A stretch of DNA of 60,064 bases, the filler included, from Sphacelaria rigidula (lineage: Eukaryota): assembly GCA_964200075.2 (NCBI GenBank). It is 8 parts of 8 records of this genome, joined end to end, with 100 filler letters (N's around TTAATTAATTAA, not from the genome) between each part and the next. Parts side by side here need not be neighbours in the genome. Positions count along the whole stretch, not along the records: positions 22,564 to 29,984 come from CAXNAA020015002.1; positions 30,085 to 37,504 come from CAXNAA020015003.1; 6 more parts are not named here. One strand, written 5' to 3'. The notes under the pieces were generated by a model. The model was not told where the DNA came from. It was given only the letters and a program-made list of their open reading frames with translations, and searched no databases. Positions 24,352 to 36,925 of this stretch are shown piece by piece. The translations under genes and the position numbers were made by a program. The stretch's first letter is position 1. Every line of letters begins with the position of its first letter.

Positions 24352-27300
24352 ATGACTTCCCGGGCACCTCAGCTTGAAAGCCAGCTCGGAGATGACGAGC
24401 AAGAAAGGGAGTACACCGGATGCTTCGAGGGTCCGGAGAAGAACTTGGAGGTGAGTCGAGGCGAAGCCATGTCTGCCTCCCACAATTGCCTTGCAGCATG
24501 AACTGTATTGCACACGGTGTATCGTGGGGGTGCCGTACACGGTACCGTCTCATACACACTGCCTTTTGTTCTGTTGGACCGCAGGTTTGCTTCAAGCCAA
24601 ACATCGGGAACCCTCAAGGCTGTCGTGCGCTGACAAGACGCAGTCTGGATCGCATGTGCCTACGTGCTAAGTGTACGATCCTTCACCAAATTTCGAACGA
24701 CTACCTCGACGCGTATGTCCTATCGGAGAGTAGCCTGTTCGTGTACCCGCACAAGGTGAGTGAACACCGTGGGGGTCAGGGAATGTTAATGATATATCTT
24801 GGCGCGGGTAGGATGCTATCCTTCCGGGACCTTTTGACGATGAATTGATGAGTTTTTAACTCGTACCGGTGATACCGCACGAGGCGGACACCGCTACGCT
24901 GAAATCATGAACACGCTCGTACGAGGAGCAGCAGTTCAGCGGAAACTTGAAACAAATTTACAGGCGGGTTTGTAGATGAATCACGGTGTAATGGGTAGAA
25001 TTCCGTCTTGGCGTGCATGCTTTTCCCCAGAGTGTGGCTTGATGGTGAGCCCAGGTACTTCCCTTGTACACGCTGACAGTTTAAATCGCAAGTGTGTGCC
25101 TTTTTAACACGAGATTCGCGACAGAGCTTGCATCGCGGAGAGGATCGTAGACCTGCCCAAATGACACGCGTGCACCTCATGATGAATGGCGCCTCCCTTT
25201 CATGTCGGCCATGTACATATTTCCACATTCTGATTACATGTAAAGCATGAGGTGAGGGAAGAGATTGATGCTGGAATGGTGATTTTGATTCCAACGAAGC
25301 CCACGGCGAGCCTTTTGCATTTCGATGCATGGTAGTCTCGGCACTCCGACACCACCGAGCTCAATTTTGCCCATTTGATCGCGGCAGGTGGTGATGAAGA
25401 CGTGCGGCACGACCACGCTTTTGCGGTGTGTGGCCACTCTATTGCAAGCAGCCAGAAAGGAACAGGGCTTGGTTCTCGAGTGGATGGGATATTCCCGGAA
25501 AAATTTCACGTTTCCCGGCGACCAACTCTTCCCTCACTCCAGTTTTAATCAAGAACTGCAGTATTTGCGGGCACATACCCATCTGAGCCAGCGTCTGGAC
25601 GGTGCAGGTGGGTGCGTATCATATATGTTTCGGATGCCCGGGCCAATCTCTTGGTGTTGTTCATGTGTCACCGGGCAATCAACTTGACAGTTGCCATATA
25701 TTCCGGCTTGCACTGCCCACCGCCTCACCCAGGTTATGTTCTCGGCCCTGTCACTGGAGACCACTGGTTTGTCTACGTCGCAGATAAATGTGACCGCCCG
25801 GACTACACCGCGACAGACCGCACGGTGAGCTCATTTGGGAAAGGCAAGCAGCAGTTGAGTTCACGGTGCATTACATTTCACATGTTTCCTGCACAATCGA
25901 CACCACGTACGAGAGGTGGAGTATGATCCACCACTCCCCACGATCGACAACGGTGACGGAAGCCCCTATCCCGCCTTCTCGGCAGGTGAACATGATGATG
26001 TTCGATATGCATCCCGACACAGCGAAGCATTTCTACAAAGAGGCGTGTCCAACAGGTCTTGAGATGACGAAAAAAACGGGTATCGCAGATCTGGTCCCTG
26101 GAGCTGTTGTCGACGACATTGCCTTCGATCCTTGCGGGTAAGAATCGTTTTTTTCAACGCTCGAGGGCGGCTGCGACTGCCACCGCGACCGCGAGCGGCT
26201 ATTGGTGATGAGCAGGGCAATCAGCAGGCCATGATACAGTCGTGTTCAAGTAAAGGCCTGAGGAAAACCTTCAATATCCGTCCACGTGATGATATTGAAG
26301 TGCATCACGACTATCTTGACCCCCCCCCCCCCCCCCCCCGCGCGCGCGCGCGCCCATCCTCTATATGGTATGAATTCGTGTGCAGATATTCCATGAATGC
26401 CATTCAGTACGACTCGTACTACACGATCCACGTCACCCCGGAGGAATCGTGCAGCTACGCCAGCTTTGAAACCAACAACCCGTTCAAGTCCTACGGGTAA
26501 GTGCTACCGATATTCTCTTTCTGTTCCACAGAAACCTTGCTGTGTAACAATCAGCAAGCAATTGGCCGACCGATTTGGGCCCTGCAGACGATTAATTTAT
26601 TATTATTATTATTATCATTATGGTATCCATCACATTAGCTCGATCTCTCGACCCCGTGGTCACAGAGTGCAAGGATTACTAAGGTTGAAATATCTAGTGG
26701 AGGTACCTCAAACTGGAGGTACTTGAATTTTGTCGGATACAACTCGACCGTGATTCATCGACTGCCGGAAACTGGGGTAAAATAAACGAGTCAGTCGGCG
26801 TATGCGCACGGCAATATGGCGCAGGCTAGTCTTGGGCGCTCGACTCATTACTTATTTTGGGGAAACCGTGACTACCTGATGTTCGAAGAAGGTGGTCACC
26901 ACGCGTTAGCGAAGCAGCTTGTTGCTTTTTTGAATCACCATCCACGATGACCCCGTGCTCCCCGGAGCCTCTGGCTAATGTAGGGTGTTCATCCGAAGCA
27001 GTTACTCCGCACATCTTCCCCCCCGCCTATTCACAGTTGTTCCGTCGTCTCCGGTGCATGAAGAAATCTTGAACGGAGACAACTGACGTCCGTGCAACTT
27101 TCCGGTGTAGGTCCATCATCAACAACGTCCTCAATATTTTCCGGCCGAAGCGGTGGGTCCTCACCATGGTGGCTGACAAGGCAGGACTAAGCACTATAAC
27201 CGAAAATCCCTTCAACGTGGAAAAGGTGGGTTGGGTTGCTCTGGCAGCATGATAGCGTTGGACCGCTCTCTTCAGTCGCGCCATTCTGCTTGAATGCTGG

Positions 27301-27603
27301 ACCATGGTGCGTCGAGCTGGATCGCCCTACCCAGTAGGGCCGTCTTTCAATTCATATGTTGACAGTATAAGACACGATCAATCCGCTGATGGACGGTTAC
27401 CGGAATGTGTTCATGTTCACGAACGACTGGGGCACATACAGATGGATCTGCCCCTCGGCCGCGCGCAGTACATCCGGACTTCGGTATGCTCTACCGTCGT
27501 GGAGGGAGACTGTGTTTGCATCATGGGCGCATGGGACATGAGAGACAAGGCTGCCGATGGCGAAGATGGCTTCAGGCGCGCGCGCACGGAATCCCTCGCA
27601 TGA
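24352..27603 (+). CDS. SAMDC: S-adenosylmethionine decarboxylase proenzyme (eukaryotic AdoMetDC)
   Basis: Exons: 24373 (or ATG 24352)-24450, 24585-24755, 25388-25607, 25733-25824, 25986-26137, 26386-26496, 27111-27225, 27442-27603. All introns are GT-AG and phase-consistent (373 aa from 24352). Motifs: FEGPEKNLEV, YVLSE/SSLFV (pyruvoyl Ser codon 24729-24731), KTCGTT, YSRKNF, FDPCGYSMN, TIHVTPE, SYASFETN. The start codon is uncertain. Confidence 0.95.
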
Positions 27604-30600
27604 GGAGGCTGCTTGACCTGCATTGTTTTCGCGTCAAAGGTTGCACATGTCGGTCAGCTCACGAAAAATGAGGGTTTTCTTCGATGAGTCATTTTGAGAA
27701 GCTCATGAGCTGTCTGACGTGAACGGTTGCCCTGGAAATCTTTGCTGTGCAGTGAGCATGTCATCTTGGAGACGATTAAGATACATAGCCAAGCTTCTTT
27801 GGTAGCCTTGGAGGAAGTTCGTATCGCTGGAACGGTTGCAGTGGTGACTGCCCGAACGACTCTGCGGTATGGTTGATATTTTTCGTGAAATTCCGGTTAA
27901 CTTTGAATGAAGCGATTTATATTCTGTTGTCTACGTTATTGGGCGAGTCAATCACTTGCGAGGACATGTTACATGCAGTCCTCCGCAGCATGGATGTTTA
28001 ACAAATTATGCTATAATGAGAGACGGTTGTATTTCGGGTGCTACCGCGTACATGCTGCGCATCCTACGGGGCACATGTTGATGTTGACCTGAGTGGAACT
28101 GCACGATATCAAGTCGCGTTTTCAAATTACGCGATCCGGGGTTGAGTCGTCACCAATGAGGGTTTTTCTACGTTTCTCTTCATAATGACCTGGTCTGTAG
28201 TACATGCATGCAGCCCGTTGCGAACATAACTGCGTATCTATCTGTCCTGCCTTCACGAGTCAACCGTTCAACCGACGTTGATGGACCCCGCATGGGGGAA
28301 ACGTATTTTTTTCTCACGCCTGCTACTCACGTACATCATCTTGAGTTTCGTCCACTTGAACGGCGTTTAATAAACTTGGAATAGTCAGGCTGGAAACGCG
28401 TCATTCGTTTTCACCTCGAGTCATGCTGCGGGGGAAAATTTCACCGTTAGGACAAATCATCACGACTCGGAATCACCAAATTCTCGGAAGAAAAGTCAAT
28501 CGCTGGTCCAAGGGGTATCCACGCAACTTTGCGCCATTCCACATGTCGGGCTGCGTGTACCTGGGTTGTAACGCTGAAAGAAGGCCTAGGGATTGCTTCG
28601 TCACGAGTCGACTCATCATTCTAAGACGAAGCAATTTCCAGACGAATCGTTATTCGTCCGACCCTTGGAAAATTTCAAGGTATACACGCCTGAAAAGTCT
28701 ACACAGAAGAGTGTTTTCGTGAGATTGATAAAGGAGGATATGATCGAGAAAAAGTAATGTTTCATTTCCGGAATGCCCGTCAACGAGGCCTGATATGCTT
28801 CTTGTGTCATGTGAGCTCGGAAAGAAATATAGACACCGACAGGATTCGGGATCGGAGGGAGAACTGATGGACCCGATGATGACGTGGACTGTACAATCGA
28901 ACGTCCTCCGATCCTCGCTGTTGCATCCATATCCATTTCAACTTGAAACAAGTACCACGAGAAGGGCCAACCTAAGGCATACAGGCTGGTTCAGATTGAG
29001 TACCGCAAATCTATTCCCTGGTTGATGACGAACGCTATACCCAGCCAATTTCCACAAATATGGTACCATACCGACCGTCGTGAACAAGGAAAAATTCTGA
29101 CAGCCATATTTTTGTTCAGGCCATAGCGGTGGTGCTATAGACAAGAATGTGTCTCGACCAATCCGCGCCCTCTGAACCGTTCCGAAAGTGACATCACGGA
29201 TCCCAAGCCCAATTTCCACCGAACCACCACATGGTACAACTCCTAGTAGCCGTCATCAGCCTGGGAATCTACCGGGAGAACAGAGTTGAAACGGTTCCAA
29301 CGGGGCTGAATTTTGCCCAAAACCTTTATGTTTCGGTGATGTGGAGATGTTGTGTCGTCTAACTTCCCCTCATGATGTGTACGAAAAACCCACGGAGCCT
29401 CGTCACGATAAGCTTCTCCGGCGATTTTTCGAGTTAGACCACGAAAAGTTGCTCACATGCTCTTGAGGGCACTAGTCTAAAACTCGTAGACCGTTTTTCT
29501 TGGTCTTTTTGTAAGTAACTTTTTATCCAAGGTCGCGGTTGACCTACCTGTCCGGGGAAGGGGTCAAATCCCGACTATCTCGTCACCAACAAGAAAATAA
29601 GAAAATGCCGGTCTTCGAGTTTTACACAGTGCCCTCAAGAACATGTGTGCAAATTTTCCTGGTCCAACTCGAAAAACCGGCGTGGGGAATTCCCGGGGAA
29701 TGTGTTTTGGGCGTTCAACCTGAACCAGTTCGTATTATTTGCAGGGAGCAGTCCCATTCTCACCAAGTTTTTCTACAGTATGACCCTGAAACTTGGTGTG
29801 GACACCGGAAAGGGCAGAGCTACACCAATTATTTGTTGATCCCAGTATTTCTATCGGGCAAAGGCCTTGTAAATGTATACCTTCTCGTTTAATGCCTGAA
29901 TAAAAAAAGCACTATAGCCTCTGCCAGACGATCTGGACAAGAGGGCTATTCAGTGAGGGACTTCTCCAGAATCCACTGGCCTCANNNNNNNNNNNNNNNN
30001 NNNNNNNNNNNNNNNNNNNNNNNNNNNNTTAATTAATTAANNNNNNNNNNNNNNNNNNNNNNNNNNNNNNNNNNNNNNNNNNNNTGATGAGCAGCAATGA
30101 TTGGAGCGGTGTGTTTTGGTTTGGGAGGGCAATGCGATCCTAAGGTTCACGTTTGATTGTGTTGACTCGTCTGTCAAGACTTTGATTATGCCCCCTGTCA
30201 ACGGGATGTTTTCTGTTCTCGTTCGAGGTGTCACAAAATCACTTTCGCAAAAGTAGTTTCTTGGCACTTTTCAGCGCGGAGGGGGTGGTATCGCAGCGAC
30301 CAATCATCGGTCGTTTTTTATGAAAGAGATTTCTTGAAAAGAAATTGATCACTTCTGATGAGACCCCGCTTCATCCCGAGAAGGAGATGTTTTGACTGAT
30401 TTAGTGTGCATAACTGTGTTCTCTTTTTCCAAAAAGAAAATAATCCACCCCCGACATCTCCCAAACAACAAACAAATGAAATTTAAATGATATTTATTGT
30501 CCTTACGTTCCCTCATACTACGTAGTATTTATTTATCCCAAAAATTCAACATTTTTCCAGAAAATCACAGATGATCGTATGTATAACTCTAGTATGATAC

Positions 30601-30709
30601 TCTGAGCGCGTTTTGGATGAACTGGGTGCCCTTCACTAATGTTTACGCGACACATTGACACAACACGTACACCTGCATCGCACGAACACCCGACGCGACA
30701 TGACAACAG

Positions 30710-32430
30710 GCTGGACACGTACTTCACGTACTTCATGCCTTTCATCGTGACGGCACTGTTGCCCACCGCCATCTCCAGTCAGTGGAGAAAGATCGACTCC
30801 CACCGGCTCACGCGTGACGAGCAGACTTGGTTGTCCACCACTTACGTGCAGATCTACGCTTTCTTGCAGGTACGTTGAATGATGACCACAACTGTAGAGG
30901 GAGATCTTTGGTACTGGTCGTGCGCCATCTTATTGTATTGATGTGCCACGCTTCGTCTTTCTAGCTTTATAGTTGTCGGAGAGGTGGGGGAGGGGGTGCG
31001 AGGGGTATTCCCTGAAATTGGTAGCTTGTGAAGTATTCGTTCCTTACAACGTTTTTTTTTCTCTCTCGCTGTGTTATTTACTGCATGAATGCTGGTGCTA
31101 CCGTAAAACTTAAGTTATGTTTTTTTCCCATCTTCCTCTCATCTGTCTTGCCACGACAAGGGGAGGATTCTCTACATTCAAAGGTGTGCTTGAGAATGTC
31201 AGATCCATTGACACCCCTGAACTTGAGCTGCCAGTGAAGTAATAGGCGAATGATGCGGTACTGCGCTCCGAATGAGGATCAACACGGTAGTTCGGAAAGA
31301 TGATGAATCCGTGGATCTGGCTTGTTTCAGTTTCGTATTCCATTGCACCAGCGAATATGTGGCGCAGGCTTGAGTGCGTGGTGGGCGAAGTGTGTCCTGG
31401 TGCAGCTGGTCCTCAGAGCTGTTTCGGGCTGTATTTTTCGACGACAAAACGAGAAGTTGCATTTTCATCGCAGCAAATGGACAAGGGGAGAGGAGTCGAG
31501 AAGGGCAGCGAGTGCGAAACACTAGTATCGGATTGTTCAACGATAAGGGGGGGGGGGGAGGTACCCCGGGGATAGTCGCGAATCGTCCCCGGGTTTAGAT
31601 GTAAAAGCCGTTGTATCACCGAAGACCTCGCTAGATTGAGCAGGGCCACATGAATATACACCGTGTGTCTAGGGCGGGGTCGGGTGTACCCGTTTTATTT
31701 CCCCGGGGATGCTTGAGCCTTGTTTCGTTGAATGACTCATCCTGCTTTGTATGATATCTTCATTCTGTCCTGCTGAAGGTTTTATGGACGGCGATGGCCC
31801 GGAAAAACGCCGCGAACGCTTGGGTAGCGAAGGTGCCCACTTGGCCGCTGATCCTGGTGTTTTTCGGGCAAATCGCTGCCGTCGCCGGAGGCGTATACTG
31901 GGTCATCGAAAAAAGTGAGAGCAGTACAGGATTATAGTCGCTGGAATTTCTCGGGGATAAAAATGTTTTTCTCATCATCCATGGATATGATGATGATAGT
32001 CGGTGGTAAGATAAAAGAATCCAAAAGCACACGGTTACCTGTTTTATCTTGCCAACGTTCCAAGCCTGTAACAAGACGACGAGTAAGTGAGTTTTTACCA
32101 AGAAAAAAGTCGGAGAAGAGAAAAGTTTTATACAGTAGAGCAATGCTACGATAGGGGTTGCACTTTTTGTTTCTGGGTCTCGTTTTTGTAGGAGCCCAAA
32201 TATATGGGGCTTACGGTGCAACCCAAATCTCCGGGGACAGGACATGGGGATGCATACAGGGACCTTTTTTGTGAATCGGCATCATTTTCAATCTTCTTTC
32301 AAGTGAAAATGATGCCGATTCTCAAAATGATCCGTGTAACACCACGAGAAACATTTTCGCTCGAAAAGTGCAACTCTACCGTAGCATCACTCAGTAGTCA
32401 TAACCCGAGATAAGGAAGGAGAATATTTGC

Positions 32431-32483
<53 letters not shown>

Positions 32484-33849
32484 TATTTTTCGGAGTATTT
32501 TTTTCGTCGGTCCTAGGGTACGTACGGCGTGTATACGGTTGGAGTGTGTCCTGTTCTCCAGCCGAATCTAAAGGATATCTGCTCTTGGTTTGTTTGTTTT
32601 TGCCGGAGCAGCGTTCGTGCTATGGTACGCCAACTTTTTCAGTATACTGGTCGTGTCCGGGCTAGCCATGCATGCGCTCTGGCCGATGGTGTCGCTCAGC
32701 CTGGGTTGGTCCATCCCGTCTTTCTACTACGTCAAGGTCAGTTTTTTTTTTTGTAACATGTTTTTCGCGTTCATTTCAGGAGAACCTCTGCTTGCGTTTT
32801 TGCTTTTTTTAAAAAGGCACGTACGTTATTGCAAGGTAGGAGTTCCGCGATATAGTGGCTCGATGGGTCGCTGAATCCCGCACTACCGTCGCACGCCACC
32901 CCATACATTGAAACTAAATTTTCGCGGTATATTTTTGTATCAGTAGAGGGAGATGAATATGTATATTTCCGAGGGGTCCACCCATATCTCGCCTGGTGCA
33001 TGCCCTATATTTCGTGGACGGTTGGGACAGCACTCCCGCACCCACCCCTTCATCTCTTCTCGAACTTTCTTCACACTACTTCTGCATCGAGACCTCCAAA
33101 ATCTAGGGAACCCTCCACACTGGGATAAGGGTATACACGGTGCAGGGAGACTTTCAGAAAACGACGATTTTTTTCCCGAGAGTTGACGTCAGACAAGGAG
33201 TTGTGCTTACTGCTTGACGCAATAAGCAATGGGATAAAAGTCGCGTCGGAATTGACTCAATTCCTCTCAAATGAAATGACTGGTCCAACCACGTAAGTTA
33301 TGCCTTATCCCCCCGTCGGGAGTGGGCCCCGCAACTTCATTGCGGGAGACGTTCATTTCTTCTCGACCACCATCATGGTTACCGCAAAAAACGCTAGTAG
33401 AGAAAAATACGGTAACCTGGTTGCCTAGCTTACGCAGTGAGGGAGTGGTTTATTTTACAGCGTCGTTGCCAACCAACGCCCTCAGAAGGGGGAGGGGGTG
33501 AGGGTGGAGGGCAGTTGTATACCATGTAGCCTAGACCAACATGAGAACGTTGACATGATTTGATTCCTTTCATGTGCTGGTGTCGTTTTTCTCGATCAAC
33601 TATGCCTCCTTCCTTTTTTCACCCTCATACATATATATATATATTTTTTGCATCCATCGTGTCATTACCTTCTCGCGATTTTTTTTGTCTTCACTCTCCA
33701 TCCTAAATAAAGATCTTCGCTACCTGCTGATGTCTAACGCCCCCCCTGCTCCCCTTGCCCCACCTTCTATTTTATTTTTTACCACTGCGCAGATATTCTT
33801 GTGGGTCCTGCTTGGATTCATGGCAATCCTTCTGACGAACGTGGTTTGA
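30710..33849 (+). CDS. CesA: Probable cellulose synthase (GT2), C-terminal transmembrane exons; 5' part missing from the contig
   Basis: Exons 30710-30869, 31779-31914, 32612-32736 and 33793-33849 splice in frame to LDTYFTYFMPFIVTALLPT...RDEQTWLSTTYVQIYAFLQVLWTAMARKNAANAWVAKVPTWPLILVFFGQ...LWPMVSLSLGWSIPSFYYVKIFLWVLLGFMAILLTNVV*. The multi-TM protein is clear. The family call rests on recalled similarity to stramenopile CesA C-termini; the catalytic D,D,D,QxxRW region is absent. Confidence 0.65.
32431..32484. repeat. (TTA)n microsatellite in the CesA intron
   Basis: Uninterrupted TTA run. Confidence 0.95.
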
Positions 33850-36649
33850 TTTGGCGATGTTTTGTTTGGTGTACGGTACGCTGATTTGCAGCTGCCGCCC
33901 CGAGTTAGGCGCATCCCCCCGCTCGAAGGTATGCATGAGGGAGAGAAATGAAAAGCACACACGTCAAAGCAAATGCGTTGTTTGTTCGTTGCGAGTGTTG
34001 CGGTGGGTGAAGAGGGTCCCCGCTGTCCAGGGCCGGTTTTGTTCCCATCATTTTTTTGTTTTTCTTTTGTTTTCATGGGTGGGATGCTGCAGTTCGAAAT
34101 GAGGTGTATGAACACTGCATGTGTACGGAGGTAGGGAGGTAGCATGGACGTTGCTCTCCTTAGGTCGTATTGTAAGGTAGTTGGATATACAACAAGCAAG
34201 GGTGATTGCAAATGGGGAAAATGGTATGTCAGCAAAAAGGCCAGGACAAGCTGTAAAGTGTACAGAATTGGTGGGTCTTTCGTGTGCTGATTTTTCGACT
34301 TTCGAGATTCATGAGAGAGGGAAAATAGTGTATTGTGATGTGTGTCGAAACAAATGAAACAAAAAAACGAATTAATCAGATGTTGGGAAAGGGTTTATCC
34401 TTTATGAAAAGATGTAAGTGTACAGTAGTGAATGTGGGCAAGTATATACTTGGATCCGAAGGGGGGGGGGGTGGCGGGGGGGAGAGAGAGGTTACGAAAT
34501 GTAGTTTCGCTACTTGAACGAAAGAATTTTGTTCCGTGTTTTACGTGTATGCGATGCGTGTGAAAAAAAAATGTCACTGGGGAAATACGTGTTGATACAT
34601 ACGGCTGCAGATACGTGTATACGTGTACCGAGGTCATTTAGAAACATTCAATTCCAATGGGGGAAGGGGGAAAGGGAGAGCAAAAGAGACAGTCAGAGTT
34701 GGTGTCGCGGATTCGAGGGTTGGAGAAAATGAACATGTGGACCATTTGCGGTTGCGCGCCCCGTCCCGCGAGTAGGAGAGGGAGAGGCCACTCGCAGTTG
34801 AGGATTGTCGGTAGCTACGTGCTCGACCTGCCTTTGTTGGCACCCCTCACCGCCTTGTTACGTCGTAGAGTCGATTGTGTTGAGATGAACGGCATGAAAG
34901 GCGACTGTATTGAGGGTTCGTTCGTCACGGTGATGTCCCCGCGTCGTCGGGAGGGGAGAGGGGGGCTGCACTCGTCAGCCTGAGGCGCTGAGACCGGCTT
35001 GCGAGTGTACATGTTGATGGGGACCGTAATACATACAGGAATGTGCATATTGGGATGCCGGGGGTTTTCATGGTATAATTATCATCCAATGGCGGCGGAG
35101 TGTGGATAAGCCGGTATAGGTGGCATGTCTCTCCATTCTTGCATCACACCCAATTTTTTTTCCTATTAGCCCCCAATTTGGCGGGGGAGGGGGGTTATAC
35201 TTCACATGGTAGTATTTGGACAGCCAGAAGTGGTCAAACCTTCGGAGATGAAGGTCGCTCACGTCTTGAGAGTGTGACAGGGCTCGATCAGAGGATGCAC
35301 CTTTACATCATTTCGCAGAGATTGGTCTGAATTGACCGCGGGCCAGGAAAGTGGACCTGATGTGAGTGGGAACACCTGTGAGAAGGGTGAGTTTGGAGGT
35401 TTCTGTAGGTGGGGACCACCCGCGCATGCTTTCGGGAAGAGTAGGTAAATTAAGTTCACTCAACCAGTTTGTCTCTTACCCTGCGGATCACTCCTGTAGC
35501 TATTGCAGCTACTTGAAAAGGCCTCCTCTCTGCCTCGATGGTGGTGTTTCACCAACGTGTAATATATATGTTCTAGGTGAAAGAAAAATGTGGTGGCGCA
35601 AGGAGGGGAGGTGGGGGGTTTGAGGTGTAGTGCCGGAACTTAGAGATTTGTCACCCCTTGCGGGAGCCGGAAATGTTCTCTATTCATGTTGATTGATATC
35701 GGGTCGGACCTGGAGTCGGACGAGTTATTTGCCTGTTGTGTTGTTTTACATGTTCACATTTCTCATGTATCTCCTAGTGAAGTCATTACTTGTTGTGCCG
35801 TCTTCCTCCTCTTGCTTTTTTTTTTCTTCTGTTTGCTTTGTTGCTTGCGTATTCACGCACACAGACGCCCTTTATTTCCATCATTTTATCCCGATTCCCA
35901 TTCCGTTGTGTGCATGTGCAAGAGGGGGTAGCCACCATGCATGTCCATCCCAGGGCTGCATGCTTATTATTCTTTTTTTTTTTTTTACGAGTTTGGGTTC
36001 TGTTACGCCATAATATGCGTTGATCAATGACGTGTTGTCGGTGTGGAGGGCGGGTGGATTATGACCACCCGAAAAGTAAGTAGTTTTTGACATTGGAACA
36101 TTTGGTTCGATTAATTTCCAGCTGGGTAACATCGTCAGTCGCTTTGGTTTAAGGGGGCGGGTCGAGCGGGGGTGATCTCGGCATGAACTTACGAGAGGGT
36201 ACAGAGAGGGAAAGAGCAAAATCTTCTCAGTGAAATAATATGCTGCATGGATGATTTCTTTGCGAAGCGTATGACGGACGGGCGTGCCGTGTACAGCACC
36301 ACACCGGGATATCTTCTGTGTCAGAGCGGGTATCTCTCCGAGAGGTCTTCAGCAAACAATCGTGGCCCTTTGGCGGCAGGCTGGTTGACCTATAGATCCA
36401 CCACATTAAAGGGACGAATTCCCAAGGGTGTCTGGCAAGAAATCACCCTTTTCACACTGGCGACACCAGTGAGACATGGCTCGTACGCTTCACGAATGGA
36501 AGGTCCCGGGTTCTAATCCATGATCCCACCAAAATAGTGGGAGCCAAAAAATGGTGGACACCCTCTGAAGCAGAGTTCAAAATTCACAGAAAATCTCCTG
36601 CAGCGATTGTTGGTTGGATGCCCCAACGCACGTAAAATATATGATAACC

Positions 36650-36925
36650 TTTTCGTGAGATTGAGGGAAGAGCTCTGATCGAGAGTGGCTTCCTCTGGTC
36701 GTTCGCTCTAACTTGGCCAGTTTTTTTTTTCATGTGTGCTGTTCTTTGCCTCCATCACTAGTGTGTGCTTACAGCTACACGTCGATATCTATCTCAGGGA
36801 CATCAAGGGCCTCAGTGGCAAGATACTACAGAAAGCATATCGGGCCTCGCGGAGGGTCATTTCGGAACTGAAACGATTAATTTACTGATTGACCGATTTT
36901 CACTCAATCTCACGAAAACACTCTT
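36650..36925. mobile_element. Small MITE
   Basis: TTTTCGTGAGATTGAG ... CTCAATCTCACGAAAA inverted termini; the same terminus occurs at about 28710-28730. Confidence 0.55.

Noticed and set aside
26320-26353. C20 run followed by (CG)7 in a SAMDC intron (Z-DNA or i-motif candidate)
   Set aside because: Long G/C homopolymers occur throughout the window, so nothing specific supports a function here.
16250-27603. Divergent GNAT and SAMDC pair as a polyamine gene cluster
   Set aside because: The genes lie on different contigs joined by an artificial spacer in size order, so adjacency carries no information.
27601-27690. AMD1-like stop-codon readthrough tail after SAMDC
   Set aside because: Only 27 in-frame codons precede the next stop, and the context is UGA-G rather than UGA-CUAG.
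36440-36540. tRNA-like B-box (GGTTCTAATCC)
   Set aside because: No convincing A-box or cloverleaf pairing; at most an old SINE relic.
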